A DNA stretch of 64,000 nt from the sequence record MW822008.1. The stretch is one strand, 5' to 3'. Positions 28,856 to 44,082 of the stretch are shown here, piece by piece. Within the stretch, counting starts at the first letter, position 1; each line of letters begins with the position of its first letter. The translations under genes and the position numbers were made by a program. Under the pieces are notes generated by a model that did no database searches, had not been told where the DNA came from, and saw nothing but the letters and a program-made list of their open reading frames with translations.

Positions 28856-31800
28856 ATGTATATCGATGCTTATATGGAACGTAAACGTACTGGTGATATT
28901 TTGCACGTAGCAGAACGTAAAAACGGTAAACGTATTCTACGTCAGTTGGACCCAGTATATGAATATTATGTTGAATCTCCTACTGGTGAACACAAAACAA
29001 TTTATGGAACCAACGCAAAGCATTTGGAGTTTGAAACTCAATCACAGATGAATAAAAGCGTTGAGCAACATAAAAATGAAGGTCTACGTATTTTTGAAAG
29101 TGATTGCAACATTACCTTCAAAACGTTGGCTAGAGAATACATGGGTAAAGGTTCGCCGGATTTGAACGTGGCATTTTTCGATATCGAAACCGACTTCCAT
29201 AAGAAGTTTGGTTATGCTCCACCATCAGATCCATTCAACCGTGTAACTGCAATTTCTCTATATCAATCATGGACTGGTAAGGATTATGTACTGACTTTGC
29301 CACCAACTGATATGGAAATGTACGAAGCACAAGATATTGTTCGTCAGTTAAACGAAGAAACTAACGACCCTAACAGTACTGTCATCCTTTATACGGATGA
29401 GAAAGAAATGTTTATGGAGTTCTTTAGTCTAATCGATGACTCTGATGTAATTTCAGGTTGGAACAGTGAATTCTTTGATATTCCATATATGGTCAACCGT
29501 ACCAAGAAAATCTTCAACGAAGCAACTACTGCTCGTTGGTGCTTGTGGAATAAAAAACCAAATGCTCGTGAAGCTGATAACTTTGGTAAAACTGTAGTAA
29601 CGTATGATCTTATTGGTCGCGTACACTTAGACTATCTTGCTCTTTATAAGAAACATGCTGGTCAAGTTGAACAGTCGTACAAACTAGATTATATTGCTGA
29701 AAAAGTAACTAAAGAAAACAAAGTATCCTATGAAGGTTCATTGGATAAACTATACCGTGAAGATTATATTACATTCTTGCGTTATTCTAAGCAGGATAGT
29801 ATTCTTCTAAAGAAAATTGATGCTAAATGTGACTTTATCAACCTGCATAACCGTCTTGCTCATAAAGAATGTGTACTAATTAGTACTACAATGGGTTCGG
29901 TTGCACTAATCGACACTGCTATCATCAACCTTGCTCACAGTCGCGGTGAAGTTGTTTTTAACAAAGCACCGAAAGATGATATTGAGTTAGATCCAGAGAT
30001 GGAGTACTATGGTGAAGAAGGTGATGAAGAAGATGAGAAAATCAGTGCAAAAGCTGCTGGTGCATGGGTTCAAGATCCAGTTCTTGGCCTTGTTAGCGAT
30101 TTGGGATGTACAGACTTTAACTCATTGTATCCAACTGTACTACGTACACTTGGCATGAGTACTGAATGTATTCTTGGACAACTTCGTCAAGACTACACTG
30201 ATGCATATCTTGCTGCTAAAGTACAAGAGCAAAAAGCTAAATCCAAATCTAAAGCGTTTGAACCTGATTGGACCGCTGCATGGCATGGTTTATTTGCTGC
30301 TGTAGAATTTACAATGGTTCATGAAAAATCTGACAAAACTTTGATTGTTGATTTAGAAGATGGTAGTTCGTTCAATGCAACTGGTAAAGAATTGTATGAT
30401 ATTATCTTTGCTGAAGACAGTACTATTGTACTAAGTGCTAACGGAACACTTTTTGATAAGTCTAAGTATGGTGTAATTCCAGATATTCTTACTCAATGGT
30501 ATTCTGAGCGTAAAGCACAACAAAAAATGGTAATCGACTACAAACACATGTACAGTGATGGGTGGGAATTCAATGGTTCTGAGAAGGTTGAACCTTTGCT
30601 ATCTAACTACACAAGTGGTACAATGTTCCGTACAAACTTACATGACAATGATCCTGTTTACCTATTACGTATTGCTATTGGTAAAGGTCAATGGGAAGAA
30701 GTTGCAAAACTCATTGTGGAAAATGGTTTAGTACTGAAAGATGGTCGTATTTTCTGTGCAACGGAAGATAAGAATTACTTCAAACAGCAAAGTGCATTCT
30801 GGAAACAGAACCAGCAAATTCGTAAGATTCTTCTAAACAGTCTATATGGTGCACTATTGAACAAAGGTTCACGTTTCTTTGATAAACGTTTAGGTCAGTC
30901 CGTTACCTTAACTGGTCGTTCTATGACTAAACATATGGCAAGCCGTATCAATGAAATCACTACTGGCGTTTATAATCACCAAGGTGGCTCTGTGATTTAC
31001 GGTGATACTGACTCCGTTTACTTCAGTGTAACTCATTACCTGAAAGAACAAGGTATTCCATATAATCTTTCGAAAGAAGAAATCGTTGACATGTATATCA
31101 AAATTGGTGATGAAGTTGGTGAATCATTCCCTTCATTCATGAACGAAATGTTCAATACTGGTATTGAGAAAGGTAAGATTGTTGGTGCAGACCTAGAGAT
31201 GGTCGGTTCCCGTGGTCTATTCCTGAAGAAAAAGCGTTATGCAATTCTCAAGTACTGGGAAGATGGTTTCCGTAAAGATGTTGATGGAAAGCCTGGTGAA
31301 ATTAAAGCGATGGGTCTTGAAATTAAACGTTCAGATACGCCAAAATACATCCAGAACTTCCTAGAAGAGACTCTAATTGCATTGCTGGTGGGTGAGTCTG
31401 AAGCTCAACTTAAACAGCGTGTACGTGACTTTAAAGAGGTATTTAAAGACATGCCTGTACACGAAAAGGGTTCACCGAAAACTGTTAAGAACTATACCAA
31501 CTTAGAAGCAGAATATGAAGTTTCTGGTAAATGTAAAGTTGGTCACGTATTAGCAGGTATTCAATGGAACCGTCTACGTGAAGTATATGATGACAAAACT
31601 GTACCTGAAGTAACTGACGGTACAAAAGTAATTGTATGTAACTTAAAAGATAACCCGATGGGTATCAAAGCAGTAGGTTACCCAATTGACTGTGTGGAAT
31701 ATCTACCTGAATGGTTCTTAGAACTACCATTTGATACAGAGAAAATGGAAGAAATAGTTCTAACTAAAAAATTAGAAAACATTTTTGGTATTCTGGATAT

Positions 31801-31861
31801 GGATATTGGTATTCATGAGAAAAGCACAGCAGCCGTTAATAACGGATTCTTCACCTGGTAA
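28856..31861 (+). CDS. gp43: Family B DNA polymerase (gp43-like)
   Basis: ExoI FDIET, ExoII GWNSEFFDIPY, DFNSLYP, KILLNSLYG, YGDTDS. Confidence 0.97.
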   Translation: MYIDAYMERKRTGDILHVAERKNGKRILRQLDPVYEYYVESPTGEHKTIYGTNAKHLEFETQSQMNKSVEQHKNEGLRIFESDCNITFKTLAREYMGKGSPDLNVAFFDIETDFHKKFGYAPPSDPFNRVTAISLYQSWTGKDYVLTLPPTDMEMYEAQDIVRQLNEETNDPNSTVILYTDEKEMFMEFFSLIDDSDVISGWNSEFFDIPYMVNRTKKIFNEATTARWCLWNKKPNAREADNFGKTVVTYDLIGRVHLDYLALYKKHAGQVEQSYKLDYIAEKVTKENKVSYEGSLDKLYREDYITFLRYSKQDSILLKKIDAKCDFINLHNRLAHKECVLISTTMGSVALIDTAIINLAHSRGEVVFNKAPKDDIELDPEMEYYGEEGDEEDEKISAKAAGAWVQDPVLGLVSDLGCTDFNSLYPTVLRTLGMSTECILGQLRQDYTDAYLAAKVQEQKAKSKSKAFEPDWTAAWHGLFAAVEFTMVHEKSDKTLIVDLEDGSSFNATGKELYDIIFAEDSTIVLSANGTLFDKSKYGVIPDILTQWYSERKAQQKMVIDYKHMYSDGWEFNGSEKVEPLLSNYTSGTMFRTNLHDNDPVYLLRIAIGKGQWEEVAKLIVENGLVLKDGRIFCATEDKNYFKQQSAFWKQNQQIRKILLNSLYGALLNKGSRFFDKRLGQSVTLTGRSMTKHMASRINEITTGVYNHQGGSVIYGDTDSVYFSVTHYLKEQGIPYNLSKEEIVDMYIKIGDEVGESFPSFMNEMFNTGIEKGKIVGADLEMVGSRGLFLKKKRYAILKYWEDGFRKDVDGKPGEIKAMGLEIKRSDTPKYIQNFLEETLIALLVGESEAQLKQRVRDFKEVFKDMPVHEKGSPKTVKNYTNLEAEYEVSGKCKVGHVLAGIQWNRLREVYDDKTVPEVTDGTKVIVCNLKDNPMGIKAVGYPIDCVEYLPEWFLELPFDTEKMEEIVLTKKLENIFGILDMDIGIHEKSTAAVNNGFFTW

Positions 31862-31871
31862 GGAAAATATT

Positions 31872-32012
31872 ATGATTATTGCAGACGAAACTAAACTAAA
31901 ATATGACGAAGTAAATGACGTATTCTCTGATGAATCACTAGCACTGTCTGAGGACAGTGTTAACGAGGCGTGGGAACAGTACGTTTTATGGAGTGCATCC
32001 CAAGGAGAGTAA
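31872..32012 (+). CDS. Small acidic hypothetical protein
   Basis: AAGGA RBS, 46 aa. Confidence 0.5.
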   Translation: MIIADETKLKYDEVNDVFSDESLALSEDSVNEAWEQYVLWSASQGE

Positions 32013-32013
32013 T

Positions 32014-32316
32014 ATGGAAAATATCTATAAGCGTGTTGGTGCAGTACTGGAAGATAGTACTATCGTAAATTCAGTACTTGCATACAATAATGATGATGAA
32101 GTTGTTCTAATGTCTGCTGGTTTCACCAGATCTGGCTCTGTTGAAATTGACGGTGAGATTGTTGACGTCTATTCTATTGAAAAGAAACGCAAAGTTGTCA
32201 TTGTTGAAGATGTTAACACGTTAAAAGACTTAGAACATCTACGTTACAAATTCAACATTGGTGCAGGTGCAAACGCTGATAAGCCGTACCTTAAACGTTG
32301 GAACACAAAATACTGA
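32014..32316 (+). CDS. Hypothetical protein
   Basis: AAGGAG RBS; start moved to 32014. Confidence 0.65.
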   Translation: MENIYKRVGAVLEDSTIVNSVLAYNNDDEVVLMSAGFTRSGSVEIDGEIVDVYSIEKKRKVVIVEDVNTLKDLEHLRYKFNIGAGANADKPYLKRWNTKY

Positions 32317-32324
32317 TAAAAAAT

Positions 32325-32353
32325 TGAGACAAGCATCATTCACGAGATATAAT
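32325..32353 (+). promoter_or_regulatory. Phage-specific promoter TGAGACA-N16-TATAAT
   Basis: Copy of repeated motif. Confidence 0.8.
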
Positions 32354-32420
32354 GGTGCTTGTAGTAATCTGAAGCATACAAAAACATTTTTGATTAACAA
32401 ATAAAACGGAGAATTATATA

Positions 32421-33152
32421 ATGGATCTACGCAACGTACTACGTGACCTAGTTAACACTACCAACGGCATCGACTTTTCTTGTATCGCAGTTAGCAGTGA
32501 AGACCGTGGTGATGGACAGCGTGTTTACATGGAAGCATACACCGATGACCGCACCCTAGTTATGCGTGCTCACACTAAAGAAGACGTACCAGAAGTTCAA
32601 GGTCGTTTTGGTCTTGGTAACCTAGGTCTTCTACAGGGTCTAATGTCTCTAAAAACTTATAGTACTGAAGGAACTACTATCACTTCTAACTTGAAAGATG
32701 GTGCAGTTAAGAGCCTAGCATTCAAAGCAGAAGATGCAAGTACTACTTTCATGGTTCAACCAGAAAAACTAATTCCAGCCCAGCCTCGTTTCCACGAACA
32801 ACCATATGACGTACAGGTTACACCTAGTGCAGCTAAAGTTCAGGAACTAAAAAGCTTCTCTGGTGTGTTTAAATCTTTCAGTTCTCTAGTAACTCCATAC
32901 ACTGAAGGTGATACTCTTTACTTCCACGTTGGTGAGAAGAACAAAAGTAACCACGTTGGTGCACTAGCATTCTCTAAAACTGAAGGTGAACTAGGTCTTG
33001 GTTTTGGTTATAACATTGATCGTGTTCTACAAGCTCTATCCCGCGTTTCTAACGCAGAATCTGTTACCCTTGGTATTACAAAAACTGGTATGCTAAACGT
33101 AACTCTAGACACTGGTATTGCGGTATACAAGATTTACGTAACTGGTTGCTAA
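32421..33152 (+). CDS. Probable DNA sliding clamp (gp45-like)
   Basis: 243 aa beta-rich protein near polB; DDRTLVM..., GRFGLGNL pattern; strong CTA codon bias. Confidence 0.55.
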   Translation: MDLRNVLRDLVNTTNGIDFSCIAVSSEDRGDGQRVYMEAYTDDRTLVMRAHTKEDVPEVQGRFGLGNLGLLQGLMSLKTYSTEGTTITSNLKDGAVKSLAFKAEDASTTFMVQPEKLIPAQPRFHEQPYDVQVTPSAAKVQELKSFSGVFKSFSSLVTPYTEGDTLYFHVGEKNKSNHVGALAFSKTEGELGLGFGYNIDRVLQALSRVSNAESVTLGITKTGMLNVTLDTGIAVYKIYVTGC

Positions 33153-33162
33153 TATAAATAAT

Positions 33163-33189
33163 GGGGAACATGGAGTTCCCCAAATTTTT
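33163..33189 (+). terminator. Terminator
   Basis: GGGGAAC-ATGGA-GTTCCCC then AAATTTTTG. Confidence 0.6.
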
Positions 33190-33218
33190 GATTTAAAAAT
33201 AAGTAAAGGAAGACAAAA

Positions 33219-33425
33219 ATGCCATTATATACATATCGTTGTGAAAAAGAAGAATGTAAACACAGTTTAGAAAAGATTGTAAAAATTGCCAATCGTGAAG
33301 AACCTCATGATTGTCCTCAATGTAATGGTGAAAAGACTATGAAGTTGGAAGTTTTTACCCCTGGTGATAAAGGTGCTAATCTTTATTTCCGTGGTAAATG
33401 GTTTGCAAACACTGGAGGTTACTGA
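33219..33425 (+). CDS. FmdB-family zinc-ribbon protein
   Basis: MPLYTYRC...C...CPQC...F.GKWF. Confidence 0.85.
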   Translation: MPLYTYRCEKEECKHSLEKIVKIANREEPHDCPQCNGEKTMKLEVFTPGDKGANLYFRGKWFANTGGY

Positions 33426-33426
33426 T

Positions 33427-33729
33427 ATGAAAATTAAAATGATTAACGATTATGTACTGGTTCGTCAAATTGAAGCACAGAATAAAAGTACTGGTGGTAT
33501 TATCCTAGGAAACGTGGAACCACCATGTGTTGGTATGGTGATTTCAGTTGGTGAAGGTAAAGTACTACCTAATGGGCAAATTGCAGAACATAATATTTGT
33601 GTTGGTGATATGGTTGTATTCGGTCGTTCATCACTAAACACTCCTATCACTGAAGATCTTGGTGGTGGTGAAGACACATATTATGTGATGAAAATTGAAG
33701 AAATTTTTGGTAAGAAATCAAATGGCTAA
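33427..33729 (+). CDS. groES: Co-chaperonin GroES
   Basis: INDYVLVR, STGGIILG, VISVGEG, VGDMVVFG; start at 33427. Confidence 0.9.
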   Translation: MKIKMINDYVLVRQIEAQNKSTGGIILGNVEPPCVGMVISVGEGKVLPNGQIAEHNICVGDMVVFGRSSLNTPITEDLGGGEDTYYVMKIEEIFGKKSNG

Positions 33730-34447
33730 AAAAAGGTTTATTCCTTTCTGGATGGTCCCCGCTCATTGGGGACTTTCTGGTAAAGCGAAAGAGATTGCGA
33801 AAGCATACTACTATAACGATGATTATGAAGCTGATATGTTAGTTGCAGAACTTACATATCTAACACCATATGAAGTTGATGTAGCACAGTTGGATATCAA
33901 AAAGAAATACAATGTATTAGAAACTCTTGATTATCTAATAGCACAGGCAGATGTACAATTGAAGTATTCCAAGATTACCCGTGATGAGTATAATGTAAAA
34001 TTACTTGATGCTAAATTAAGTACTGGTGCAATTACTCAAAAAGAGTATGATATGGAAGTAATCGAACTAATGCCTGATGGTGATGACAAACGTCTTAAAG
34101 CTATCGAGTTTGCATATCGTTATGAAGAGATTACACAACAAGAGTATTCAAAGGAAATCTTTACTTTACGTAAAGAACCTTGGATTGATTTGGATGTAGT
34201 ACTTAATCCAGAAACAAATGAAGTTGAATTTGTTTTTGATTATAATGAATACTTTTGGAAAAAGTTAAAAGCGGAAGGTCATCCAGGTAATGACGAAGAA
34301 GAAATTATTGACAACTTCGTTAGAGACATGGGGCGTAAACTAGCTACGGATGATTTCAGTGATGATTATGACGTAAAGCTAGTGAATGCGAACGAAGGGT
34401 TAGAGAATCTACCTGGTTTACCTGAAGGGTTCCGTTCATACAAATAA
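33722..34447 (+). CDS. Hypothetical protein
   Basis: ORF overlapping groES stop; WNEYF-like YNEYFWKKL..GH.G..EEEIID. Confidence 0.7.
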   Translation: MAKKRFIPFWMVPAHWGLSGKAKEIAKAYYYNDDYEADMLVAELTYLTPYEVDVAQLDIKKKYNVLETLDYLIAQADVQLKYSKITRDEYNVKLLDAKLSTGAITQKEYDMEVIELMPDGDDKRLKAIEFAYRYEEITQQEYSKEIFTLRKEPWIDLDVVLNPETNEVEFVFDYNEYFWKKLKAEGHPGNDEEEIIDNFVRDMGRKLATDDFSDDYDVKLVNANEGLENLPGLPEGFRSYK

Positions 34448-34479
34448 AAAAAGGAGAGCAAAAGCTCTCCTTTTCTTTT
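34446..34479. terminator. Bidirectional terminator
   Basis: AAAAAAAGGAGAGC-AAAA-GCTCTCCTTTTCTTTT. Confidence 0.9.
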
Positions 34480-34491
34480 ATCTTTAATTTA

Positions 34492-35181
34492 TTAAACCAT
34501 CGCTGGGATGAATTTGAATAGTTTGATACCGAAGTCACCAGCAGCATCAGCAGCTTGGGAACGTAGAACAACTTCAGTAACACCATCTTTAGCGAGTAGT
34601 GGAACTGCGGTTAGGTCATCAATTAGTAGACGGCCTTCTTCGATCTCAGTACTTGGAACGCCTTGGAAAGATTGAATATCTTTATCAAATACGTTAGCAC
34701 GTTCAACGAGGAAAGTAACTACTGAAGCACTAGCGATATCAACAGACCCAACACTTAGGATACCGTCAGCAGCGTTGGTAAAACCAGTAACTGCAAATGG
34801 CTCAACGTCGTTGCCAGCGATTTCGGAAGTAGCGATGATAACTGCACGTTGTTGAACAACATCAACGATACGTTTAACGTTAGTTTGTGCAGCGTAAGCA
34901 GCGTTATAATCAGCTTCTAGAGTTGCTGCTTCAAATGGAGTACCATCGATACGGATGATACCTTTTTCGTTTAGATATGCAACGATTTCATCAGCTACGT
35001 CAGTGTTTAGGAAACGTTGTAGACCAGCGAAAGAACCAACTGCACCAGTAACACGCACGTTAACATTACCAATTTTACTAATTGCGATAGATGCTAGGGC
35101 GTTTTTGCCACAGAAGTAACCTAGAATTTTATCAAAGGAATAACCATTGATACGTTCAAAAGAAGTATTAGTATTAGACAT
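34492..35181 (-). CDS. Probable virion structural protein (paralogue of next gene)
   Basis: Ala/Val/Thr-rich, strong high-expression codon bias; shares QQRAV and F..ER..VFDK motifs with 35197-35796. Confidence 0.6.
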   Translation of the reverse strand: MSNTNTSFERINGYSFDKILGYFCGKNALASIAISKIGNVNVRVTGAVGSFAGLQRFLNTDVADEIVAYLNEKGIIRIDGTPFEAATLEADYNAAYAAQTNVKRIVDVVQQRAVIIATSEIAGNDVEPFAVTGFTNAADGILSVGSVDIASASVVTFLVERANVFDKDIQSFQGVPSTEIEEGRLLIDDLTAVPLLAKDGVTEVVLRSQAADAAGDFGIKLFKFIPAMV

Positions 35182-35196
35182 ATTGTAGTCCCCCTA

Positions 35197-35796
35197 TTAT
35201 AGTTGTACTGGTAGAGCAGCACGAACTTTAATTGCAACAGCGTCAGCGGCAGCAGCATCACCAACACCATCAGTACCTAGAGCAACATAAGATTTGGTAC
35301 GGAAGAATTTAGCTTGTGCAATAGCTTTAGCTAGTTCAACAGTTGGATCAACTGGAACAGAGTAAGCAGCACCTGGGCGAACTTCTTGTTTGTCAAATAC
35401 GTCTTGACGTTCACAGATGAAGGTTAGAGCAACAGAACCAGCACCACCTGTAACATCAGCACCACTAGTACCAAACGCGATTACGTTACCACCAACGGTT
35501 TTAAAGTCAGCAGGGATAACAACAGCGGTGTCTAGAGCTAGTACGGAAGTAGTAACTAGTACTGCACGTTGTTGTAGTAGTTGGGTAATCATGAATTGGT
35601 TGTATTGAGCATTGCTGATTGCAGTTTGTAGTGCTTCATCTTGAATTTCGGAACCGTCAGAAGTAACAGCGGTAGTACCAACTTCAACATCTGCTGGTAG
35701 ATCAACAACGATGGTTACGAAACCATTGTTACCACCCCAGTATTCACGAGCAGTAGCAGACATACCATAGTTACGGTTAAAAGAATTAAGACTCAT
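35197..35796 (-). CDS. Probable virion structural protein
   Basis: Late motif ATAAATA at 35843-35849 (minus); GGAG RBS; paralogue of 34492-35181. Confidence 0.6.
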   Translation of the reverse strand: MSLNSFNRNYGMSATAREYWGGNNGFVTIVVDLPADVEVGTTAVTSDGSEIQDEALQTAISNAQYNQFMITQLLQQRAVLVTTSVLALDTAVVIPADFKTVGGNVIAFGTSGADVTGGAGSVALTFICERQDVFDKQEVRPGAAYSVPVDPTVELAKAIAQAKFFRTKSYVALGTDGVGDAAAADAVAIKVRAALPVQL

Positions 35797-35918
35797 AAAA
35801 ATCTCCTTGTCAAATTTTGTGCAGGAACACCCTGCTTAATATTATTTATCAAAAAATATAAACCACATTTAAATTTAAGGCAATATTCCCTGATCTCTAT
35901 GATATTATTTATCAAATC

Positions 35919-41250
<5,332 letters not shown>

Positions 41251-41336
41251 GTAAATTGTTGATGAGTCAATGAAGACAAATCAACGTTAATAGCCCGTTA
41301 AACTTAACAAACAAACTAATGACAAGGAAGCCCAAT

Positions 41337-42386
41337 ATGCAAACTCTAGCTGAAATTCGTGCAAAACTAAAAGCTGAACAAGAAAAAGCAGAAGCACAGA
41401 AGAATGGTACATTTACAGGTGAACGTAAAGCCGATTCTTTCCTAGCTTTCTGGAATGTCCCTTACAATGAACCACTAAACCTACGTTTTCTACCAGATGC
41501 TGATGAGTCTAACCCATTCTTCTGGCGTGAACGTGATATGATCAACCTAACGTTCCAAGGTATTGTTGGTATGCACACCGATAAAGTTACCGTTCAAGTA
41601 CCATGTAACGAAATGTGGGTTCCTAAATCATGTCCAATTCTTAAAGAAGTACGTCAATGGTTCCAAAGTGCGAATGAAACTGGAAATGAAGAACTGAAAG
41701 CAATGGCTGGTCGTTACTGGAAAAAGAAAACCTATCTAATGCAATGTTTCGTTGCTCCTGATAGCGTAGCAGTAAAAGACGATATTGCTCCAGAAAACCC
41801 AATCCGTCGTATCCTAGCTAACAAAGATATCTTTGATAAAGTTAAATCTATCCTGCTAAACCCAGGCATCAAAGAACTACCAACTCACTACATTCACGGT
41901 CGTGACTTTGGTATTGTTAAAACTAAGAATGGTGGTGGTTACAATAGCTATGACATGTCTCAATTCTCCATGTCCGAGCGTCCACTCAATGAAGAAGAAC
42001 TGGCAGCGATTGAAAAGTTTGGTCTATATAATCTAAATGATTTTATGCCAAAACAACCAACTCCAGAAGAACTAAAAGCTATCGAAGAAATGTTCGAAGC
42101 ATCTGTTGATGGTAAACCTTATGACCCTGCACGTTGGGCTTTCGCTTACCGTCCAGCAGGTGTACAAAAACCAACAACTGGTACTATTAGTGAAAACAAA
42201 CCTGCTCCACAAGCTCCAGTACAACAACCTGCTCCTGCACAAACTCCTGCACCGCAAGCACCAGTAGCTACTCCTACTCCTGCTGCTGAACCAGTAGCTG
42301 CTGCACCAGCACCAGTAGCTGAAGCTCCAAAAGAACAACTTTCTGCATCTGCACTAGTTGCTCGTTTGAAACAACAAGGTAAGTAA
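41337..42386 (+). CDS. gp32: Single-stranded DNA-binding protein, T4 gp32-like
   Basis: LRFLPD, CPIL, YWKK, GRDF, YD.S.F; Pro/Ala linker; AAGGA RBS favours start 41337. Confidence 0.85.
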   Translation: MQTLAEIRAKLKAEQEKAEAQKNGTFTGERKADSFLAFWNVPYNEPLNLRFLPDADESNPFFWRERDMINLTFQGIVGMHTDKVTVQVPCNEMWVPKSCPILKEVRQWFQSANETGNEELKAMAGRYWKKKTYLMQCFVAPDSVAVKDDIAPENPIRRILANKDIFDKVKSILLNPGIKELPTHYIHGRDFGIVKTKNGGGYNSYDMSQFSMSERPLNEEELAAIEKFGLYNLNDFMPKQPTPEELKAIEEMFEASVDGKPYDPARWAFAYRPAGVQKPTTGTISENKPAPQAPVQQPAPAQTPAPQAPVATPTPAAEPVAAAPAPVAEAPKEQLSASALVARLKQQGK

Positions 42387-42404
42387 TAGTATTTGAAAAG
42401 TTAA

Positions 42405-42433
42405 GGGGCAACGGAGTTTGCCCCGTTTTATTT
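42405..42433 (+). terminator. Terminator
   Basis: GGGGCAA-CGGAGT-TTGCCCC then GTTTTATTT. Confidence 0.75.
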
Positions 42434-42455
42434 CATAAAATTCAAGGAGCGAATT

Positions 42456-43574
42456 ATGAAAATGACAAGTGGTTTTGCAAACATTCTAAAAAATAGTACT
42501 GGTAGCGTTAAAAAGAATACTGGTGTTAGCGTAGGCTTTCATGATCCTGATACATGGATTAGTACTGGTAACTTTGCTTTGAACTATCGTATTAGTGGTT
42601 ATTTTGACCGTGGTATTCCACTGGGTAAAGTAACAATGTTTGCTGGTGAATCTGGTTCTGGTAAATCATTTATCGTTTCTGGAAACATCGCCCGTGAAGC
42701 ACAACAACAAGGTATCTTTGTTGTTATGATTGATTCCGAGAACGCATTGGATTCAGATTGGCTACAAGCACTAGGTGTAGACACTTCAGAAGAAAAACTA
42801 CTAAAAGTAAACATGGGTATGATTGGTGATGTTGCTAAATTTACCTATGAGTTCATCGAAGGGTATCGTAAAGAATACGAAAATACTCCTAAAGAAGAAC
42901 GTCAAAAAGTATTATTCATTATCGACTCAATTGGTATGTTGAATACTGAAGTTGCTAATGACCAGATGAAAGCTGGTAACTTGAAAGGTGATATGGGTCA
43001 CAAACCTAAACAGCTTAAAGCTTACATCACCAACTGCGTAAACTCGATTGGTTCACTTAACATTGGTATGGTTTGTGTAAACCATAGTTATGAATCCCAA
43101 GATATGTTCAACCCTGATCCAAAAGTATCTGGTGGTAGTGGTTTGATTTATGCATCTTCTATGGTTATCGCAATGGGTAAACTAAAACTTAAAGAAGATG
43201 AAGAAGGCAACAAGACTTCAGATGTAAGTGGTATTCGTTCTAAATGTAAAGTCATGAAGACTCGTTACAACAAACCATTTGAAGATGTTGAGATTAAAAT
43301 TCCTTGGGATAAAGGTATGGACCCACGCAGTGGTCTACTAGATATGTTCGAGAAATATGAACTTATCGTTAAATCTGGTAACCGTCTAATGTACGTTGAT
43401 ATTGACACTGGTGAACAGATTCTAAAATATCGTAAAGAATGGATGCGTAATGAAGATTCTTGCCTTGATTTAGTTATGAATCAATTCAAACGTCACCCTT
43501 TGATTGAAGAAGTCAAAGAAGAAGAAAAAGGTGATGAATCATTTGGTACTGATATTGGAAGTAGTGAGGAATAA
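42456..43574 (+). CDS. uvsX: RecA-like recombinase UvsX
   Basis: ISTGN, GESGSGKS, DSEN, IIDSIG, NHSY, SGGSG..YASS. Confidence 0.93.
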   Translation: MKMTSGFANILKNSTGSVKKNTGVSVGFHDPDTWISTGNFALNYRISGYFDRGIPLGKVTMFAGESGSGKSFIVSGNIAREAQQQGIFVVMIDSENALDSDWLQALGVDTSEEKLLKVNMGMIGDVAKFTYEFIEGYRKEYENTPKEERQKVLFIIDSIGMLNTEVANDQMKAGNLKGDMGHKPKQLKAYITNCVNSIGSLNIGMVCVNHSYESQDMFNPDPKVSGGSGLIYASSMVIAMGKLKLKEDEEGNKTSDVSGIRSKCKVMKTRYNKPFEDVEIKIPWDKGMDPRSGLLDMFEKYELIVKSGNRLMYVDIDTGEQILKYRKEWMRNEDSCLDLVMNQFKRHPLIEEVKEEEKGDESFGTDIGSSEE

Positions 43575-44035
43575 TGAAACCTTGGCATTGGATCATCAAA
43601 GATGATAAATCTAAAATAATCGACATGATTGAACACTTCGAAAAAGAAACTGAAGAAGCTCGTCGTGAAGTTAAAAAGATTGGCATCATTGAAAAGATTG
43701 CTCAGGAGATTCCAGGCTGGCATGAGACTCGTCTCAGTCAGCTTCAAGAACTAGAAGCGGTACTTGAAATGCTAGAAATTGAAATGCGTCAACTACAAGC
43801 TGAAAAGTTTAAATATTTCCTTGAAGCATATCGTCGAGCACTATCATCTTCTGACTGTAAAAAGTATGTTGAAGGTGATAAAGAAGTTTGTGAATTATCC
43901 GAACTAATAAATGAAGTATCATATATCCGTAATACGTTTTCCAGTATTGTTAAATCCTTAGAGATGAAAGCTTTTCAGTTAAACAATATTGTGAGACTAC
44001 GTGCTGCTGGTATTGAAGATGCACGTTTAGAATAA
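43574..44035 (+). CDS. uvsY: Recombination mediator UvsY-like
   Basis: Follows uvsX; LSSSDCKKYVEGD, VKSLEMKAFQLNNIVRLRAAG. Confidence 0.75.
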   Translation: MKPWHWIIKDDKSKIIDMIEHFEKETEEARREVKKIGIIEKIAQEIPGWHETRLSQLQELEAVLEMLEIEMRQLQAEKFKYFLEAYRRALSSSDCKKYVEGDKEVCELSELINEVSYIRNTFSSIVKSLEMKAFQLNNIVRLRAAGIEDARLE

Positions 44036-44043
44036 CTATCCAT

Positions 44044-44068
44044 AAGGACGCATTACGCGTCCTTTTTC
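44044..44068 (+). terminator. Terminator
   Basis: AAGGACGC-ATTAC-GCGTCCTT-TTTT. Confidence 0.8.
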
Positions 44069-44082
44069 TATGCGAGAATAAA

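Noticed and set aside
28856-31861. Intein or intron in polB (also considered for nrdA, helicase, uvsX)
   Set aside because: Frames are continuous, with no C...HN splice motifs or LAGLIDADG blocks; the extra segment in polB looks like an ordinary insertion.
42200-42330. Tandem DNA repeats in ssb
   Set aside because: Explained by the Pro/Ala low-complexity linker, not an independent repeat element.
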